DNA from: Sminthopsis crassicaudata
Lineage: Eukaryota
Direction: 5' to 3'
DNA length: 64,000 nt
Assembly: GCF_048593235.1 (NCBI RefSeq)
Contig: NC_133617.1
Location: 69,710,937 to 69,774,936, forward strand
Both the position numbers and the translations under genes were made by a program. Under the pieces are notes generated by a model. The model had not been told where the DNA came from. It saw only the letters and a list, made by a program, of their open reading frames with translations, and ran no database searches. Positions 36,814-48,880 of the stretch are shown in pieces. The stretch's first letter is position 1, and every line of letters starts with the position of its first letter.

Positions 36814-37584
36814 CCATCTCTCAGATTGGCTAGAATGACAGGAAAAGATAATGCTGAATGTTGGAGAGGATTTGGGAAAACTGGGACACTGATACATTGC
36901 TGGTGGAATTGTAAATACATCCAGCCATTCTGGAGAGCGATTTGGAACTATGCTCAAAAAGTTATCAAACTGTGCATACTCTTTGATCCAGCAGCGCTAC
37001 TACTGGGCTTATGTCCCAAAGAAATATTGAGGAGGGGAAAAGGACCTGTATGTGCCAAAATGTTTGTGGCAGCCCTCTTTGTAATGGCAAGAAACTGGAA
37101 ACTGAGTGGATGTCCATCAATTAGAGAATGGCTGAATAAGTTGTGGTATATGAATGTTATGGAATATTATTGTTCTGTGGGAAATGACCAGCAGGATGAA
37201 TCCAGAGAGGCCTGGAGAGACTTACATGAACTGATGCTGAGTGAAATGAGCAGGACCAGGAGATCGTTGTATACTTCAACAACAATACTATATGATGATC
37301 AATTCTGATGGACGTGGCCCTCTTCAACAATGAGATGAACTAAATCAGCTCCAATAGAGCAGTAATGAACTGCTACACCCAGCGAAAGAACTCTGGGAAA
37401 TGAGTGTGAACCATTATATAGCATTTCCAATCCCTCTGTTTTTATCTGCCTGCATTTCTGATTTCCTTCTCAGGTTAATTTTACATTATTTCAAAATCTG
37501 ATTCTTCTTGTACAGCAAAATAACTGTATGGATATGTATACATATATTGTATTTAACATATACTTTAAAATAAAAAAAAAACTT
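36814..37584 (+). mobile_element. Young 5'-truncated L1, ORF2 C-terminus uninterrupted, 13-bp TSD
   Basis: Open frame to 37308 contains the L1 Cys-rich domain (CWRGFGKTGTLIHCWWNCK...WLNKLWY); TSD aagtcttctgtat at 36801-36813 and 37585-37597; A tail. Confidence 0.95.
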
Positions 37585-38009
37585 AAGTCTTCTGTATGGT
37601 TTTCAAAACCCTTTATGACCTGTCCCTCTCTTTCTAGTCTTCTTAAACCCCATCACATGCTCTTTGATCCAATAACTCTGCTCTTGAAGTTCCTCAAACA
37701 AGAACCTCTCTAGACTCCAGACATTTTTGCTTTCTGTCCTCAGGCCTGGAATGTTCTTTCCTCATCTTGCTAAAATCCTGCCTTTTAAAGGGATCTTTTC
37801 TCAAGTTATTCTAATTCTAATGCCTTCTTTCAACTTATTTCTAACTTATCCTGAACCCAGCTTGCTGATACATAGCTGTTTGCATATTGACTCCCCACCA
37901 GAGTGTAAGCTTGTTGGCCTTTTACCTTGCTTTGTAACCCCAGCACTTATCTCAGTGCCTGGCAAGCGGCAGTAGTAGGCACCTAATAAAAAATGCTTCT
38001 TGCTTAACC

Positions 38010-38277
38010 TAAGATGAGGTGTCCCTATCTTCACAAGACTGGAAGTAAAGCAGCCAGTTGCAGCTGATCAGCATGAGCGCCTTGATCTGCAGGTTTGCTC
38101 CTCTACAGGCAATCCAGCGCTTACCCCACCTTCCCTATATTGCTACAAGATGTCACGTAGACACCCAAGTTTGGCTTTACCACTGCACCTCAGAACTCCC
38201 GAATTGAAGTGATCCACAGACAATCTGCATCCCCAGCAGCAGCAGGGATTACAGGCTATAATTCATACTTTTCCAGC
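38010..38277 (-). pseudogene. Near full-length degenerate 7SL (SRP RNA) retrocopy / 7SL-derived SINE
   Basis: Reverse complement is colinear with 7SL: gcctgtaatccctgctgct, ggatcacttcaattcgggagttctgaggtgcagtgg, gggtgtctac, ggattgcct, tcatgctgatcag, acttccagtcttgtgaagatagggacacctcatct. Confidence 0.85.
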
Positions 38278-39924
38278 ATTTTTCCTTTTGGCTGCTCCTA
38301 TGAATGCAAGTACTGGAGTTGGCAGCAACCTCAGAGGACCATCTGGTCAAATCTTCTTCTGCAGGGAAAGAAAGTCATCTATCCAGGGAGGCACAGAATT
38401 TGAACCCAAATCCTATCTCCAAGCCCAACCCTCTCACCACCCCAACATGCTGTCCCACTTGTCTTTATACTGCTGCTCCCAGATTTCTCCGAATACCCAG
38501 GAGAGTGAGTCACCAGAGAGAGGGGGAGGCTGTGGGGGCTGGTGACACCCACAGGACCAAGCACCCTGACCATAAAATCAAGGGCCTTCAAAGTCCTGCA
38601 GAGAGGCTACAGCATGTCACCTAAACTCCTCCCCCAAATCCTTCCTTTACACCATGGACTTGTGTATAGGGCCCTCAGGAGCTACTGAAGAATATAGGTG
38701 TGCAATACTCTAAAGAAGATGGAATTTAGAAAAAGATTCAAGAGGTACCTCCCAACAAAGGCAGAGAATTGTAAATGCAAAGAAGTCCCATTCCTTCCCC
38801 CTTCCTCCCCATTCCCTCCCCTGATCATGAATGGAAGAACTTGCCTTCCCCTTATTTAATCAGGAGGATAAAGTGATAAAATTATTTAAAATAAGGTTTC
38901 TTGTTCCTAAAAGCATTCTCTCCATCCACCCACCTACCCCTCCCCCATCCCTATATCGTCATCCCCAATATCAAATCCTCATATATCATCAGCTATCTAA
39001 AGCTTCTTTAGAATCAGGGCAACTGGTATGATTTCTACCCTCACCTTTTACCCCCATCCTTTTAAATAGAGGGGGGGGGAGAGAAACTAGGTAAAGCAGC
39101 CAGGTTTCTGGGGGCTTTGGCAGCTCTGTTACTAAGGCAACCAGACTTGCTAACCTGTAATTGGTGTAGGAAGCCAACCCAGGGCCTACAGCTCGAGAAG
39201 GCAGGGAGGGTGATGGAGGGATGGATCGCACCCCGATCAGCTTTCTCTCCTTCATCTTGAATCCATCCAAGCCCTCCCAGTGAGATCTTTGGTTCTCTCA
39301 TCCTTCTTTCAAAAGTGCACTGGCAGAGGCAATGGCCTTCATTAGCTTAAAGAGAAGTCTAGCTCCTTCTATTGGTCCTGGAGTAAGGGAGGGGTAAAGC
39401 AGGGGGCTTTACAGCAGAGCCCCCTCCTCCTAGCCTCAGCCCCAAGCCTGGGGTAGCTTTCTCTGGGACTGAATCCCATTCTGGGCAATATCTGTTTACA
39501 AACCAGTCAGCCAGCGGGGTAGAGGCCGCAGCAAATAGGACCAGCAAATACACTCATGGGAGCGCAGATTTAGAACTAGACAGACCAAAATGGTCATCAA
39601 TCCCACCCCCCTCATTCTACAGATAAGGAATTTACAAAGAGGTTAAATGATTTGCCCCATGTCACAAGGTAGTAAATTGTGCAGGGGAGTAGGGGATTTG
39701 AACCTAGGTTCTCTGCTGACAAATTCAGTCCCTTTTCCCTTCCCCTGTAGCATTCTGCCCAGGGATTAGAGAGAGTGGTTCAATTCTTCTTTAAGGAAAT
39801 TTATACATGAACCCAAGCCAACTATTCTGTACCTATAGTTAATCCAGTAACTCTGTTAAAAAGTTCACAACCTAGCATTTCTAGAAAGTCAGATTATCTA
39901 CCCCTGGGGCTAGGTTCTTAATGG

Positions 39925-40325
39925 GGGGAGAGATAGAGACAGAAATAAGAAATAGAGATAGAGAGACAGAGACAGAGATAGTGACAAAGAACAGATATAG
40001 AGAGACAAAACAGAGATAGACAGAGACAGATGGAGAGACAAAGAGACAGAGGTAGATAGAGACAAACAGAAACAGACAGACAGACAGACAGAGATGGATA
40101 GAAAGACAGACAGAAAAAGACAGAGACAAAGATAATGACAAAGAACAGAGAGACAGATAGACAAAACAGACAGAAAGGAAGAGATGGACAGAAACAGAAA
40201 GAGACAACCAAAAGGAAACAAAGATACAGTCAGAGAGACAGAAGCAGAGGTACAGAAAGAAACAAAGACAGAGAGAGACAGAGTCAGAAAGAGAAAGAGA
40301 GATAAAGACATAGAGACAGAGAGAC
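39925..40325. repeat. (GACA/GAGA)n complex purine-rich tract
   Basis: Direct inspection; source of spurious ORFs 39881-40470. Confidence 0.9.
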
Positions 40326-42140
40326 AGGAATCTCTTAAATCGGAACAACAGGCTTTGTGGAGAAAGAAATGGAGAGGGCTTGGCTCCTGGAAAGTGTGAT
40401 AGTGAAAGAGCAGGCATTTGTATTCAGACCCTGGTTGTGACCTCCTTTCTAGCACTAGCATCATGGCCAAGTCGCAGCAGATTCTCCTTCTCTGCTACAA
40501 GGGCCCATGTGACCTGCAAGGTCACTGTCTGAGTCAATGGCAGAGCCCAAGTTTAAGAAAGAGCAGTAGAGTTAGGATTTGGAGGATCTGGATTCAGATC
40601 AGATTCTGATTCTGATACTGACTAGCTTTGGGTTGAGTAGTTCACAGCACATTTTTATTTCCTAATCCTTAAATCAAGAGAGTTGAAGAAAATGGCTTCA
40701 AAGTCCCTCTCCAGCACTAACTAATGTTCCAACAATCTCTGTTCAGGAAGGAAGACAGGCTACTTACTCATTGGCCAGTCACTGCCTTGCCAGCCTCTCC
40801 CACTTGACAGATACCATACAGATGGGGCTGCCTTCAAGGACTTGGTGCAAATTGGCACCCCAGGAGGGTGAACACCAATCTACAGCTGCCGCCCCAGTGG
40901 GAGATATGCCAGACACTGCCCCCTACCAGCCTGGGCTATGTATGGGCAGCGGGGAGGCTGATCACATTCAGTCAGGAAGCAGTCCTGGGGTACTCCCAGC
41001 TACCTGTAGGAACCCTCTCGGCCACCCTCGAGAGGAGAAATAGCAGCTGTCTGAGGTGTTGGAGCCTTGGCCTCTCCCTATCCAAGCCGGACAGTTGGGC
41101 TTCCAGTGTCCCCCACTTAGCAAACCCCCTTATTTGGGAGAATGTAGAGGCAGGGAGGAGTCAGGCCTCCAAAGACTTTTCGCTGAACAGTCAGGCAGCT
41201 TCTATTCTCTGCTAGCAACATTGCTTGCCACCATTGCCAAAATTATCCTAGATTTATTGTGTATATAATTTTTCTCTCCCCTCCTCCTTCACCCCCCAAA
41301 TCGCTAGTGCGTTCTCACTTGCTGTAAACCCGCCTGCCCCTGGAAAACATCGGCAGAGCTGGCTGAGGCTGCTACCCGAGCATTAGCAAGCCGGGAGGGA
41401 AGGAGGAGCTAGAAGCAGAGATGAAAAAAGCAAAATGGAGAGCTAGGGAAAGGGATGTAGACATGGAAACACCTTGAGAAAGGATGGTCCAAAGACAAAC
41501 TTGGGGGGGATGGGAGGACAGCAGTCAGAGTAGAATCCTAAGTGCTCTGAAGGAGCTCCTGAAATATTATTTAAACCAGCCCCTTTATTTTACCGAAGGG
41601 ATATCACAATACTAATAATAGTAACAATAGCCTTTTATAGCACTTTTAAATTTGCAATTCTCTGCATGTTATCTCATAACAACCCTCCAAAGGTGATATT
41701 ATTATTCCCATTTTACAGATGAGGAGGCAGAGGTCAAAAAGATTTAGTGACTTGTCCATGATGACACAGAGCCAGGATCACAATCTAGGGCCTCTTATAC
41801 TTCAGTGGGTAGGGGTTAGTGGGGCAATTACCCTTTGAGGAAGACTCAGGCTCTCCCTTCTGCTCCCCCAGCAGCTACTGTGAGATCCCCCCTCTATTCC
41901 AGCCACAGCATTTCGTACATCCTGCTCCATTTCCATCATAAGTCAGAGCTGGGGATGGGTGGGAGGGATCCAAAACAAGCTGGCCTAGACCCTCAAGCCT
42001 TGGCTCTTGCTCTCCTCTCCCCATCTCCAAATATGGATAGAACCACATGGTTCAGTTTTAGAGTCAGTCTCAAGTGAGATGAGTTTTGTCTGGTCTCAGT
42101 CCAGCAGTTTCTAGACAGCAGCAGTCCCAGCCCTCTGATG

Positions 42141-42159
42141 GCGCTCCCCCTGGCTGGCA
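42141..42159 (-). promoter_or_regulatory. Candidate CTCF site
   Basis: Minus strand TGCCAGCCAGGGGGAGCGC fits the CCASYAGRKGGCRS core with two mismatches; CpG retained. Confidence 0.4.
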
Positions 42160-42799
42160 GCTTGACTCAGAGCAGGAGGAAGCCCAATTCTTTTATTAAT
42201 AACTGGGAGGCCATTGTCAGCTCTGGCATCCCTCATCCCTATCTGAGGAACTCAAAGCACAATTGCAGACACATCAACTCTTTCAGCCTCTTGACTGGGT
42301 TTTCTCACTAGTCATTCCAAACAATCTGAAGGATGTCCATCAGGACAGGAAAACAGACTTTCCAAGCCTTCCCCTCCCCTCTATATTTAGGAAGGGTCTG
42401 ACTGTAATGGGGAAGTAGATGGTTATTAGGCTGACTTTCAATTCCTCGAGAAAGCACCCCTGGACTTCTCTGGGATGTCCCCTTGAGAAAGAAATCCCAC
42501 TCTGAGCTACAATCTGAACTGTCATAGAATGTCAGAGATGGAAGGAATCTAGGGAGCTAGGCCAGAGAGGAACTAGTTGAACCCCTTTACCCTTATCATA
42601 CAGACCAGTAAACTGAGGCTCAAGGAGAGAAAGGATTATAATAATTATGAATATAATAACTAACATTTTTGCATCTAGCACCAATCCAGAATTATATCTA
42701 AGAAAAAGCAAAACTCAGGATATTGTTTAATATATATTAAGTGTAAAAAAGCATTTAAAGTATGTATGTATGCATACATGTAAATTTCTCTGTGTGAAT

Positions 42800-43025
42800 G
42801 TGGCAGCTAGATGGCATAGTTTATAGATCTCCTGGCTTGAAGTCAAGAAAAACTTGAGTTCAAAGTCAGCCACAGACACTTGCTATGTGCTCCTGGGTAA
42901 ATCACTTAACCCAATTTACATCAGTTTCCTCAGATGGAGAAGAAATGACAAATTGCTCCATTATCTCTGTCAAGAAGACACCAAAGAGCTTCAGGAAGAG
43001 TCAGAAACAAATGAACAACAATAAT
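42800..43025 (+). mobile_element. MAR1-like CORE-SINE
   Basis: ggcagctagatggcatag...gggtaaatcacttaaccc...ggagaagaaatgacaaattgctcc...gaagagtcagaaacaaatgaacaac. Confidence 0.8.
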
Positions 43026-43458
43026 ATATGTGAATATATATATATATGTATATGTATATATACACACACCTCTCTTTAACTTTACAAATATTATCTCTTT
43101 TGATCCTCACAATGATCTTGTGCTATTATTATACCCATTTTATGGATTTATGAAATAGAAAGAATACCATATCAAAATCATTATATGCCAGCACCTAGCG
43201 AAAATCCTTGAACAAACAAGTACTTTCTACATGTTTGTTAAACTGTTGGATTTGGAATCAGAAGAACTGAGTTGAAATCCTAGCTTTGGTACTGAATATT
43301 AATTGTATGACTTTGAACAAGTCACTTAGCCACAAACTCTCCAGGCCTTAGTTTCTTCACTTATAAAATAAAAGTTTATTGTCTTGTTTTGTTTTTACAT
43401 CACCTACATTTTCCATTGTATCTCTCCCACTCTAACTCCCAGAAAACCTTCACTTATA

Positions 43459-43640
43459 ACAAGGGTTCTTAACTTGAGGAGGGAGTCTATGATTTGAATT
43501 TTTTAATAATTATTTCAACATAATTTCTTTTGCAATTCTATGTATTTTATTTATATATTGAAATATATTATATAAAAATATATTTGAAAACATCACTCTG
43601 AGAAGTCCATAGGTTTCACTACCAGTAGGATCCATTTTTT
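43459..43640 (-). mobile_element. Charlie4z-like hAT MITE
   Basis: Starts caagggttcttaac (terminal-repeat-like); ttgcaattctatgtattttattt...ctctgagaagtccataggtttcac...ggatccat. Confidence 0.55.
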
Positions 43641-43891
43641 AAAGTGTGGCATTCCACTCCTCCTTTAATAACAAAGATTGAGAGAGAGAAAGAGAGCAAA
43701 GAAAAATCATAGAAAAGAATAGCAAAACCAATCAATACATTGAAAAAATTGAATATATGCAATATTCCATGCCTGTGGAGCTCTCCCATTACCACACACA
43801 TGAATCTTTGCAGAAGATGTTTTCTCATATCTCTTTCTTGGAACTGAGCTTTTAACAAGTATTTATTAAGCACCTTTAAGTTGAGGCAGCT

Positions 43892-44586
43892 GCAGTGTTT
43901 CTATTGGGCCATTATCCCAAAGAAATCTTAAAGGAAAGAAAGGAACCCACATATGCAAAAATGTTTGTGGCAGCCCTCTTTGTAATGGTAGGAAACTGGA
44001 TGCCCATCATTTGGAGACTGGGTAAGTTATAGCATATGAATGTTATAGAATATTATTGTTCTATAAGAAATGATCAGGAGGATGGTTTTAGAAAGGTCTG
44101 GAGAGACTTACGTGAACTGATGCTGAGTGAAATGAGCAGAACCAGATCATCATTGTACACGACAACATCAATATTATATGACGATCAATTCTGATGAATG
44201 TGACTCTTTCCAACAATGAGACGATTGAGGCCAGTTCCAATGATCTTGTGATAAAGAGAGCCATCTTCACCCAGAAACAGGACTGTAGGAACTGAATGTG
44301 GATCACAACATAACATTATCACTCTTTTTGTTGTTGTTCACTTGCATTTTTTCTTACTCATTTACTTTATCTGATTTCTCTTATGCAGCAAGAGAATTGT
44401 ATAAAGGTTTATACATATTGAATTTAACATATATTTTAACATGTTTAACATACATTGAATTGCTTGCCATCTAGGGGAAGATGTGGGAGGAAGGAGAAAA
44501 TTTGAAACACAAGGCTATGCAAGGGTCAATGTTGTCAAATTATCTGTGCATATATATATTGAAAATAAAAAACTTTATTTAAAAAA
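43892..44586 (+). mobile_element. 5'-truncated L1 with TSD
   Basis: ORF2 end plus 3' UTR; TSD aagttgaggca(gct/act) at 43878-43891 and 44587-44600; empty site TT/AAGT. Confidence 0.9.
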
Positions 44587-45639
44587 AAGTTGAGGCAACT
44601 CCAAAGAGATTGGTAGGAAGCTAATCAGGGAACCAAGAAGACCTGAGTTTAAGTCCTACCTTTGGTGTATCAGGTAAATTCCTGGTGCCCTGACAACTCT
44701 CTAAGATCCTAAGTTAAAGATCTGAGGCTGATCTGCATCAGCAAAGGAAATTCACTCAATGGGCATTCCTTATATCAATGAAAGCACAGATCCCATCCAG
44801 AAAAAAAAAATGTACCAGTCACTAGGGCTATAATAAGCAAACAAGAAAAAAATAATTAGTCCTTCCTCAAGGAGCTCAAATTCTACTGGGGAGATACAGT
44901 GTATGGCTACAGGGCCCAGTGGATATAGCATTGGTTAGGAATATAGGTTTAGGAAGACCTGAATTCAAATCTAGCTTCACTCAATTATGAGCATTATGAT
45001 TTTGGACAAGTCACTTAACCTATATTTATCTCAGTTCCCTCCTCTATAAAAAGGGGATAATAATAGCATCTACTCCAAAGGTTGTTGTGAAGATGTTATT
45101 ATTACTATATAAATGAGAACCACAGGAGTTAAGTGAGGAAGGAGAAGGCATCAAGTGGCAGTTGGAATTCTTGATGGGGTGAGGATGGGAGAGGGGTCAT
45201 ATAGTGTTCCCAGTCAAAAATCACACTGAATGAGAAAAAAGGAAATTGACAGGCAGAAATGAGGGTTGCTCTCCAAGGTCCTTTACAACCTTTGAGTCTT
45301 TGACTGACTAGTACCTTGTAAGGGACAGGGCAGAGTTTTGGACCAAAGCCTCCTGCCTCTAAGTGCACACAGCCCTTTCCAACTGGGCCTTCCTTCTTGG
45401 GTTATCTCCCCCACCCCCTTATTCAGCTTCTGTCACTATCCTCGGAGGAGGGGTGGGCTCCAGGAAGCTAGCCCCACTCTGTGGGGGAAGAGTCAGCCAG
45501 TGAAGAGGCCAGAAACACTTGAGGGCTGAGGGAGGGTGTCTCAGGTGGGTGGCGACTGAGGTTTTTTTCTGCTAGGCCTCAAATCACCTACACACAGTCC
45601 CACACCCCAGTGCACAGTCATTGACTGAAGGAATAAATA

Positions 45640-46010
45640 TTCAGCGTGGAGATAGAGCCGAGCCGGCTGAGTCACTGCAGCAGAAACAGACGGGAGGGAG
45701 CGGTGAGCCATTAGCACCCTCTGCTCCAGAGTTAGGGTTCACCATCAATACCAAACAGCACCACCCATCCCCAAGAGGTGACAGATCCTGTATTTAAGGT
45801 GGAGAGGGGAGGAGGAAGAAAATCTATCACCAGAAACTATGGCGACACCTTTGTATTCCCCTCCCCTTCTTCGGGGAGCAAGAGAGGCAAATCAATGCCA
45901 TGTTAATGTAAGATTTCCAGCATCTCCGGGGGGAGCACTTCATAAAAGATGTATTGTTTCCATTGGCATTCATGCAGCTTCCCATCATTAGGCAAAATGG
46001 CGACAGCCCC
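45640..46010. promoter_or_regulatory. Candidate enhancer/promoter element
   Basis: AP-1 TGAGTCA 45668-45674; YY1-like ACTATGGCG 45836-45844 and CAAAATGGCG 45993-46002; AAATCAAT, GTTAATG, CATAAAA, CATTAG; CpGs retained. Confidence 0.55.
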
Positions 46011-46059
46011 AGAGGAGAGAAAAGATCCAGTGCCTGGGCCAGAAGGAAAGCAGCACCCC

Positions 46060-46450
46060 CCCCCTCCTGCTCCTGCTGGGGAAGGTGGGAAGAGAGGCAG
46101 GGATGAAGGAGGGAGAGAGGCAGGGAAACAGGAGAGAGGAGGAAAGAGAGCAGCTGTGATGGAGAGAGAGGAAGAGAAGGGGGAAGAAGAAGAAAGGAAA
46201 GGAGGAACGGAGGGGGGAAGGAGGAAGGGAGAAGGGGAAGTGAGAAGGAGGGGGATGGAGCAAGGAAGAAAGCATGAAAGTGAAAGAGGGAGATATATAG
46301 GAAATGGGGAGAGGCAGAGAAATAGGAAAGGAGAGGAGTGGTGAGGGAAAGAGGAGGAAGAGGAAGAAAGGGGAGGTGGAAGAGAGGAGGAAGGGAGAAG
46401 GAAAGAAATAAAAAAGGGGAGGATGGATACACATACACACACATACACAC
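46060..46450. repeat. Polypurine (GGA/GGGA/GAA) tract followed by (CA)-rich repeat
   Basis: Direct inspection; source of spurious ORFs 45827-46546. Confidence 0.9.
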
Positions 46451-48569
46451 ATATGGCAGGCATAAAGATATGGAGCTGAAAAGCAATGCAGGAAGACAGA
46501 AAACTAGCAGAGAGACAAGATAAAATGAGGGTTGAGCAAGAAACAAGTAAGAGATGGGGGAATGATGAAGATGAGGGGGAAGGGGGAAGTTCCCCTAACC
46601 TATAACCATGTCCCTTATGCCTTTCTCACTTCAATTCTTCTTTGGAATTTTCCTTGCTTCCCTTCATCCCTCCCTTCTGCTCTGTGTCTCTCCAGGCTTG
46701 CTCCTTTCCCTCCTCTTCTCTTCCTCGTGGAAATGGGCAGAGAAGGCCCCCTCCTGTCTGCCTGAGGATGGAGCCTGGCTTCACCCCATTACTCTGCCTC
46801 CCACACATGAGGGGTACCAGGCTGGGAGAGAACAGAGCTTGGCTAGGTTCTGCCTTCCACCGCATGCCATCCATCTTCTTCCTGGCATGGCAGGGCCAGT
46901 ATGCTGTAATTACTGCCTGGCTACTTTCAATCTGAAGGATACCCCCAGGAGCTGTACCTGCAACCACCTCTGGCTATAAAGGGCTGTATTATGTAACCTT
47001 CTTCCTTAATCCTTCTTGGGGTGGGAGAGTTCGTTCAATCTCCTTTAAGCTTTCCTTGATGATGGATCTTCCCTGGATAAGTCTTCTCCATCACTTAGCT
47101 AGGACTTTGCTCTTCTCTCATTAACTAGATACCACAGTTATTTGTCTATATAATGGGATTTAGAGATAGAAGGAGTGTTAGAGGTAATCGAGAGTTCAAC
47201 CTCTCCAGACAGATTAAATTACCAGCCCAAGGACACCTGGGTAGTAAGTGTCCGAGCCAGGATTTTGTGAATCTAAATCTACTATATCACATTGCTCCTT
47301 AAATGTATTTCCTCCTAATACATTTATAAAATCCTTAGGAGTGGGGTCAGTTGTCACCTCTATCTTTGTATCCCTGGTACCTGGCATAGTATTTTGTATG
47401 TAATATCTGGAGAAATTCACTGGTGAGAGTCCTCTTTCTGGGGAAATCAGTTAGAGAGACAGAGATGAAGCAGAGAAAGACAAGGAGAAGGAGAAGGAAG
47501 AAATGAGGCTAGGAAAGAATCAAAGAAATAGGAGAGAGACTTAATGAGTGTTTGTTGAAGGAATTAATGAGGTGGCTCTCTATTTCTAGTGTTGCAATAT
47601 TTAATCATGAAATACTTGGACTTCCTTCTCCCTTCTTGTTGGATGATTTGGGTGTCTGTCTTTCTTGGTTATTTCCTTTTCCCTGGGTTTAGGAGATTGG
47701 GACAAAAGATTTTGAGGTTTAAATTATAAAATTACTCTAAAGCTGGAAAGATCTTTAGCAGCTGTTTTACAGATAAGAAAACAAACTTTCCTAAGGCTCC
47801 ATAGACTGAGGCTGGATTTGAATTCAAAGCTTCAGATTCGAAAACCAGTTTTTTGACTTTCATTGTTACCTCTTCAGTTGACCACATGCAACCTCCATCT
47901 CAGAGCTTGTCCCAAAGGGCTATCCTTTTTTAAAAAAGAAAGAGGAATTCAATTTGATCTTTCTAGACAGCCTGCAGCCCACTGGCAGAGCAGGTGGTGA
48001 CCTTTGAATTCTGCTCTTAGCTATGGAACAGAGTCAGGATCAAGTGGGTGACTAAAAGAAGCACTGGGTGTTATAGTGTAGCCCAAAGAGCCCTGGATTT
48101 GAAAGTCCCAACTGAAATTTGACTGAAATCCATGACATTGGGTGAGTCTATATGGTCTTTCTGGGCCCAGATTTCTTGACCTGTAAAATGAGAGAGCTAA
48201 GCTAAATGATGTCTGAGAGTCCTTTCCAGCTCTAAATGTTGTGTTCCTCTCCAGTGTTGGACCCCTGACCCAGAGGCCTGAGCCCCAGTAACCTGGATAC
48301 TCTTCCCAAACATAGAGATTCTCCTCTTCTTTTTTTTTCCTTTTAGCCCATTCCTAGACAATCCTATGACAAGTCTCCTGTAGAAAAAGGAAGGGGAGAT
48401 CCAGAAGAGAGTTTCAAGTCCCCCATCTCTCAACCCCCCTCTCTTGGCCTTCTTGCTCCACCACAGGGGAGTTTCCAAACGACTGAAAATAGCTTTAAAT
48501 TAGGAAAAAGAGCTAAACTGCCAGGGTCCTTTGGTCTATTAAAAGCTGAGCAGAGGCCACTCAGCTCCC

Positions 48570-48880
48570 CTGGCTCCCCCTGGCTCCTGTCCGGCAGGGA
48601 GCGGTTTTGCATTTGAAGCCCTGAATGGCAGCTCCGCTAATTCTGAACAATAGTGCTGAGGATGAAAGGCTTTCGGCTGCCATTAGGGGCTGGGCCGTGT
48701 GCCGCAGGAGCCGGGGCTGGCTAGCCAACCCCAGCTGTTTCCCTTTCAGCCACAGTCGGGGGGGAGAAGCATAGCTCTCCCCCTTGCCCGCTGGGTTTGC
48801 CAAAATTAGGAAGGATCTAGTTGCCTGGGACCTTTCATCCCCCCAGGTGGGGAAGGTGGGGGTGGGGTGGGAGGCGGGAG
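48570..48880. promoter_or_regulatory. Candidate enhancer with CpG enrichment
   Basis: TTTTGCAT 48605-48612, CTAATT 48637-48642, GAACAATAG 48645-48653, multiple CpGs, G-run cluster 48849-48878. Confidence 0.45.

Larger units (their letters stand above)
34640..37995 (+). mobile_element. L2 (RT 3' half to terminus) split by several L1 insertions
   Basis: L2 text at 34640-35378, resuming at 36716-36813 and 37585-37995, ending cagcacttatctcagtgcctggc...taggcacctaataaa. Confidence 0.8.

Noticed and set aside
36712-37308. 198-aa ORF as a host gene
   Set aside because: It is the L1 ORF2 C-terminus with a chance L2-derived leader
39881-40470. 178-186 aa ORFs
   Set aside because: Translation of (GACA/GAGA)n repeats
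45827-46546. 239-aa and overlapping ORFs
   Set aside because: Produced by the polypurine low-complexity tract; L/P/S/F- or G/E/R-biased with no domain
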